Assembly: GCF_900232105.1 (NCBI RefSeq)
Contig: NZ_LT934425.1
Coordinates: forward strand, 180,001-212,000
Length of the DNA stretch: 32,000 nucleotides
Reading direction: 5' to 3'
Source of the DNA: Candidatus Kuenenia stuttgartensis
GTDB taxonomy: Bacteria; Planctomycetota; Brocadiia; Brocadiales; Brocadiaceae
The notes under the pieces were generated by a model. That model ran no database searches and was not told where the DNA came from. It was given only the letters and a program-made list of their open reading frames with translations. The translations under genes were made by a program, and so were the position numbers. Below are positions 27,859 to 32,000 of this stretch, piece after piece (within the stretch, counting starts at the first letter, position 1; the number at the start of each line of letters is the position of its first letter).

Positions 27859-27895
27859 TCTGAGAATTCCAGGTTCATTTATTGTGGGGCTTAGC

Positions 27896-28428
27896 ATCTT
27901 GTGCGGATTATATCCTACCTCTGCACCCTCCTGTTTCCCATATACACCATCTACGGTAGAATCAACATCTATCCATACTTCGCAAAGAGCACTCCTGAGT
28001 TTATGGCCTGATCTCACCGCACGCTTCCATATCTTTCCCCTAAACCGGTGGATCACCCCCGTCAGTTCCACTATATCTCCCTGACTCGCCAGCTTCATAA
28101 TACGTCCTATCGTAGTATCTACAGGTACCTCTTTCCACCCGGACATCTTCTTCAATACCTCATCTGTACACACCTTCATCACCTCTACCATCGATGTCGC
28201 CCCTGCTATCAACCCTATCACTACCATTTGTACCGCATCGACAAACTGATACCGGGCATTTGCTCCACGATCCTTATGGACCGCTTCATGGACTCTCTCC
28301 CGGAACATCAGCTTACCCATAAAATTCAATACCGGTAAAAGCCCTGCATGTACCGTTAAGCCTTTCCCGCTCATCTCTGCCTTGATTTTCGGTTGTCTTT
28401 TGCTGTATTTTTTTGCTATATTCTTCAT
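27896..28428 (-). pseudogene. N-terminal fragment of an IS1380-like transposase
   Basis: LTVHAGLLPVLNFMGKLMFRERVHEAV...VPVDTTIGRIMKLA...VWIDVDSTVDGVYGKQEGAEVGYNPHK, then family resemblance stops at ~27898. Confidence 0.75.
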
Positions 28429-28464
28429 CGAAATGGTGAATCTCCTTTCAGGTGTTTTTTGTTA

Positions 28465-29223
28465 TCAATATACCGCCGAATACCTTGGAAATCCTACCAT
28501 TTCAATCCTATTCCTGCAACAAGGCTTTGCCTTGTTTGCAGGATTTAGGTGAAATTGTCTGGACGGCATGATTAGGGTGTTTTTATGATGGTTTTCATGC
28601 CTGTGAAAATCGGTGTTTAATAAGAAGCCGGGAATAAAGGAAAGGTTTAACATTTTTATGCTAACAGACCTCGTATTCCCGGTAAAGTCGCAGGAATCAT
28701 AGGCAAGCTCGGGTTTAACGGGATACGGTGTGTTTAATACGAAGTGCCCATCATTGAATGTGACGCTGAGATCGGGTGCATAATTTTTGATAATTTCGTT
28801 AACAAATACTTCCGTTACCACAAAAGTGCCGGTGGTTATGTCTTCAATAGCCTTTTTCAAAGATTCCAGGCTTGTGCCTTTTAATAGTTCTTTGTACTTT
28901 TCCATAATTTCCGGGTTGGTCAATGCATCACTTGCCATGTCCTTAACCTTATCTATTTTGCCCTTATGCTTGTCTATAAAACCATGCATTGACGGGTCTT
29001 GTTCGGCACTGCAGTCGGATGGCGGGGCTTCAGCCTTTTTGTCGGAAAAAAGTTTTTTCGCGTGTTTCATCGTTCTTCTCCCAACCATTCCGCCCAATTT
29101 GCCCCCTGGTTTGCTTAGTCCTACTTGACCACCAATGACTGTCCCTGCTACTTCCCCTGCCTTCACTACCACCGTTTCCAGCACCTTATTTTCCACTGCA
29201 TTTTTCAATTTATCCGATACCAT
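28465..29223 (-). CDS. Hypothetical protein, 252 aa
   Basis: MVSDKLKNAVENKVLETVVVKAGEVAGTVIGGQVGLSKPGGKLGG...; last ~45 aa overlap a large imperfect hairpin and may not be ancestral. Confidence 0.6.
   Translation of the reverse strand: MVSDKLKNAVENKVLETVVVKAGEVAGTVIGGQVGLSKPGGKLGGMVGRRTMKHAKKLFSDKKAEAPPSDCSAEQDPSMHGFIDKHKGKIDKVKDMASDALTNPEIMEKYKELLKGTSLESLKKAIEDITTGTFVVTEVFVNEIIKNYAPDLSVTFNDGHFVLNTPYPVKPELAYDSCDFTGNTRSVSIKMLNLSFIPGFLLNTDFHRHENHHKNTLIMPSRQFHLNPANKAKPCCRNRIEMVGFPRYSAVY
28499..28555. repeat. Imperfect ~57-nt hairpin
   Basis: ATTTCAATCCTATTCCTGCAACAAGGC-ttt-GCCTTGTTTGCAGGATTTAGGTGAAAT. Confidence 0.7.
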
Positions 29224-29308
29224 AATTATTCCTTTCCGTAGAAATTCAAGTTTTACACATCTACCGTTCGTGGCATTTAATAAGCCTTTGGGTTCCGCCT
29301 ACCCATGC

Positions 29309-30076
29309 CTAGCCTTCCGCCCTCTGCCTAATCCTCGCCATACACAGCAAAGGCACTACGGGTACTATCTTGCGCATGGCAGGTCCACTGATTATCCGCA
29401 TAACATCCCACGCCATCCAGACTCCCATCACAATGTTCAGCCCTGGAATGAAGAGCGCCGCGCTCTTCGTCACTGCATTCATAGCAATCTTAATCCCTAG
29501 CGTTCTGCCTATAGCAGCCATAACAATTACCAATATTTGGTACGACAAAAAACCGCCAAAGCTAAATGCCATCCCAGCCGACAATAATACGCCAGGCGCC
29601 ATACCGCGCATACTGTTAACATTGAGATATTCCAGCAACTCTTTCAATTTCTCAGGGTCTTCGGCACGCATTTGGTCTTCGAATTCACATACTGTTTTCT
29701 CGTATTCCCGCCTCTTGCCCTCGTCCATCTTTTCCCATGCCTTGTCTACGATGATTCTCAATATCCTTTGTTCTAAATCTTCAGCCGTTGTATTGTCTGT
29801 ATATTTAGCCTTAACAGACTTTGCTACCCTACGAACGATTTTTCCGTATGTGGCCCAATCATCGCTGAAAACTCCGTCTGTTATCCAATCGCTGCCGGCA
29901 TATCGTATCTCTTGTTCAAGGGCAAGGTCATCCCTTATCACACCATATTTATTTTTCAACTCCTCAATACTATCATACTTCAAAGCCTTCGCTATTTCAT
30001 TTTTCTCTTCCTCGTTTAGTTTTTGCAAAACGCCTACCAAATCACCATCGCGCTGTTTGAGATCCATATGAACCAC
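29309..30076 (-). CDS. YaaW-like / DUF3944 family protein
   Basis: 255 aa: YGKIVRRVAKSVKAKYTDNTTAEDLEQRILRIIVDKAWEKMDEGKRREYEKTV...AALFIPGLNIVMGVWMAWDV...RKIVPVVPLLCMARIRQ matches the layout of E. coli YaaW. Confidence 0.75.
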   Translation of the reverse strand: MVHMDLKQRDGDLVGVLQKLNEEEKNEIAKALKYDSIEELKNKYGVIRDDLALEQEIRYAGSDWITDGVFSDDWATYGKIVRRVAKSVKAKYTDNTTAEDLEQRILRIIVDKAWEKMDEGKRREYEKTVCEFEDQMRAEDPEKLKELLEYLNVNSMRGMAPGVLLSAGMAFSFGGFLSYQILVIVMAAIGRTLGIKIAMNAVTKSAALFIPGLNIVMGVWMAWDVMRIISGPAMRKIVPVVPLLCMARIRQRAEG

Positions 30077-30155
30077 TGCCTCCTATATGTTTAATTTGTA
30101 TAGGCTGGGCGATCCCTATATCGCCTAGCCGGAATAGCTACACGCCCAAATATGG

Positions 30156-30533
30156 TTATATCTTTTCCGCAGATGCCTCTACTCCAAACCAATTTTTCAA
30201 TTTCACCGAAGTCTTAGTCTTTACTTCATCATTGATGTATACAGCCACTGTTGCAAGCGCAGCCGCCAAAGCGCCCAGGTCATCTGCAAAGCCGACAACC
30301 GGTATCACGTCGGGTATCGCGTCCACCGGACATATAAAATATGCCAGTGCGCCGTAAATAACAGTCTTTGCCCACAGGGGCGTTTCCGGTCGCTGGGCAG
30401 CATAGTATAGCCACAAGCTTTTTTCGATTACCTCCTTGCCTGCAACTTTTGCAAATTTTTTAACCTTTTCCCAAAAACTTTCATCCGAATACCCATCCGG
30501 AATAGCCACCTGCAATTCACCATCTTTGCTCAT
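30156..30533 (-). CDS. YkvA family / DUF1232 protein
   Basis: 125 aa: SLWLYYAAQRPETPLWAKTVIYGALAYFICPVDAIPDVIPVVGFADDLGALAAALATV. Confidence 0.9.
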   Translation of the reverse strand: MSKDGELQVAIPDGYSDESFWEKVKKFAKVAGKEVIEKSLWLYYAAQRPETPLWAKTVIYGALAYFICPVDAIPDVIPVVGFADDLGALAAALATVAVYINDEVKTKTSVKLKNWFGVEASAEKI

Positions 30534-30612
30534 TTCAAAATCTCCTTTCTAAGAAAAAACCTACCGCACAAATCCTATAGTAATTATGGAAAGATACATT
30601 TTTCGCCACCGA

Positions 30613-30894
30613 TTAATTTCTTTTCCTCCGAAGCCATTTAACGAGTTTATAAACACCATAGCCAGCGCCAGCAGCAGCAATTGGCGCAGCGGCTACAACT
30701 GCAAGTCCAGCCGCCATACCCCCACCGACCACGGTACCAACTGCGGCCAGGCCGGAAGTAATTCCAGTTGCCCCAAGCCCGGAAACACCACCTACGGCAA
30801 CCGCCGTTACAGCGCCGCCTGCACCAGCTACAGCACCGGTGCCCGTTGAAGCCATTACGCCTACCACGGAAGAACCATCTTTATCGTTGCCCAT
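30613..30894 (-). CDS. Small Gly/Ala-rich membrane protein
   Basis: 93 aa from ATG at 30894 with GGAGGAG upstream: MGNDKDGSSVVGVMASTGTGAVAGAGGAVTAVAVGGVSGLGATGITSG...GAGYGVYKLVKWLRRKRN. The track's upstream start lacks comparable support. Confidence 0.7.
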   Translation of the reverse strand: MGNDKDGSSVVGVMASTGTGAVAGAGGAVTAVAVGGVSGLGATGITSGLAAVGTVVGGGMAAGLAVVAAAPIAAAGAGYGVYKLVKWLRRKRN

Positions 30895-31103
30895 CAACTC
30901 CTCCTTTGAAAAAAACAATGATAACCGCCCCCACACTTCCCATACCCTTACTCCCCAAACCGGAATCAAATGATCTTGCCTCCAAAACATTCAACAGCCT
31001 TGCGCTTTTTTATGTCCGCATCCTCCTGCATGATGTAGGGCGATGGACGATGGACGATGAATTACGGACATCCTTCGTGCTTCGTCTCTCGCTCTTACGT
31101 TTT

Positions 31104-31624
31104 TCAAAAGACTAAAGTGTTATGAATATTCTTCTTTAAGTCCTCAAGACATTTCCGGTCGAACTCCCCCATACCTCTGCAAAGCTGGTGAAAAAAGGTA
31201 ATATTCATAATCAGCGAATCCTTGTCCAGCTTATTTTTTGGGGATATAGTATCAGAATCTTTGGCAAACACAACATCTTTCCAGTCATTTATCGAATCGT
31301 TTATTCTCACGATAATTTCTTTTCTGTTAATTTCATCTATTTTTTTAGCCCTTGAGCCACCCTTAATTTGCTTCTCCTGCGATATGGCGTTTTTTACGTC
31401 ACGAAGTATCTCGTAGTATACTGATTGCTTCGGAAAAAACCCTCGCAATGACAAGCTGAGACCCTTGCGATGACAAGTTTTGTAACATTATACTTTTTTG
31501 TAAACCCCTCGACCCTTTTCTCTCTATGCTCATATACTCTTCTTTTAAGATTATTCGTAACCCCTGTGTAGAGTACGGTATTATTTTTATTCGTCATTAT
31601 GTAAACGGAGTATAATTTATCCAT
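31104..31624 (-). pseudogene. GIY-YIG endonuclease-like gene split by a ~53-nt repeat
   Basis: N-terminal half MDKLYSVYIMTNKNNTVLYTGVTNNLKRRVYEHREKRVEGFTKKYNVTKLV and C-terminal half YYEILRDVKNAISQEKQIKGGSRAKKIDEI are in different frames around 31420-31472. Confidence 0.85.
31420..31476. repeat. Interspersed repeat, copy A (inside the GIY-YIG gene)
   Basis: TGATTGCTTCGGAAAAAACCCTCGCAATGACAAGCTGAGACCCTTGCGATGACAAG. Confidence 0.8.
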
Positions 31625-31655
31625 TACAATTACCTTGATTGAATCTGGCATTATG

Positions 31656-31745
31656 AGATTGCTTCGGAAAAAGCCCTCGCAATGACAAGCTGAGACCCCT
31701 GTAGTGCTCCTGCAATAACAAGCTGAGCCTCCTGCAATGACAAGC
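31656..31745. repeat. Interspersed repeat, copy B, with extra CAATGACAAGCT-type units
   Basis: GATTGCTTCGGAAAAAGCCCTCGCAATGACAAGCTGAGACCC...CTGCAATAACAAGCTGAGCCTCCTGCAATGACAAGCT. Confidence 0.8.
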
Positions 31746-31944
31746 TAACACTTTTTGGATGGCCCTATAAATTTGAACCGGTACAGAAACATAAATGCCA
31801 GACGTTTCCGACTCGAAAGTAAGACTACAAAAAATAGCTTAAGTACAGATACTACAACACGATATGGTTATAAAACCATTTTCATCGTTTCTGGATGTTG
31901 CAAATGAAACATGATGACTGGTGGCTTATTTTGTCAACACAAGG

Positions 31945-32000
31945 GTATCCGCTTGTCATTGCAAGGGTCTTTTTCGGCTTGTCATTGCGAGGGCTTTTTC
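31945..32000. repeat. Interspersed repeat, copy C, inverted, runs off window
   Basis: GTATCCGCTTGTCATTGCAAGGGTCTTTTTCGGCTTGTCATTGCGAGGGCTTTTTC. Confidence 0.8.

Larger units (their letters stand above)
24120..27895 (+). mobile_element. Candidate compact DDE/AAA transposon (TnsB-TnsC/MuA-MuB-like) with accessory Zn proteins
   Basis: Co-directional four-ORF unit lying between two unrelated transposase remnants. Candidate ends share AATAAATG (24120-24127) / CATTTATT (27876-27883) and TCTCAG (24148-24153) / CTGAGA (27860-27865) in inverted orientation. Exact ends unproven. Confidence 0.6.

Noticed and set aside
24120-27895. CRISPR-associated transposon possibility
   Set aside because: Transposase plus AAA ATPase prompted a look, but no direct-repeat/spacer array, no Cas-like ORF and no TniQ-like ORF is visible in the window.
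29370-30071. 233-aa plus-strand ORF opposite the YaaW-like gene
   Set aside because: Ser/Pro/Leu-rich shadow ORF; the minus strand encodes a recognisable family.

Overview
The window looks like a chromosomal segment from a bacterium, possibly an anammox-type planctomycete; that is an impression from gene content, not a tested assignment. It runs from conserved housekeeping genes into a heavily mobile, decaying accessory region. (1) 1-4734: recR - ybaB/ebfC - dnaX - large-type SRP RNA - two tRNA-Ser - tadA on the minus strand, then tRNA-Arg. (2) 5.1-9.3 kb: a small coiled-coil gene that appears split around a 518-aa ORF, then an intact IS1634-like element with 23-bp inverted repeats and a CTAG duplication. 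(3) 9.4-12.3 kb: a nucleotidyltransferase-like gene and a decaying VTC / DUF4956 / TolC-like cluster. (4) 12.7-19.4 kb: a cobalamin riboswitch, terminator, cbiM, a CbiN-like gene, cbiQ, cbiO, a cobD-like gene and cobQ. (5) 19.5-24.1 kb: a MOSC gene, a group II intron-like RT with broken frames, and two transposase remnants. (6) 24.12-27.9 kb: the most interesting locus, a compact four-gene transposon-like unit: a Zn-ribbon/HTH protein (DUF6431-like), a DDE transposase (Mu/TnsB-like, frameshifted), an ExeA/TnsC-like AAA ATPase and a CHC2 zinc-finger protein. Its upstream DNA is strongly structured and it has candidate ends. (7) 28.4-31.7 kb: an IS1380-like fragment, a minus-strand cluster of membrane/stress-type proteins (YaaW/DUF3944-like, YkvA/DUF1232-like, a Gly/Ala-rich peptide) and a GIY-YIG gene split by a ~53-nt interspersed repeat. 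Several dispersed repeat families occur between genes and inside genes.
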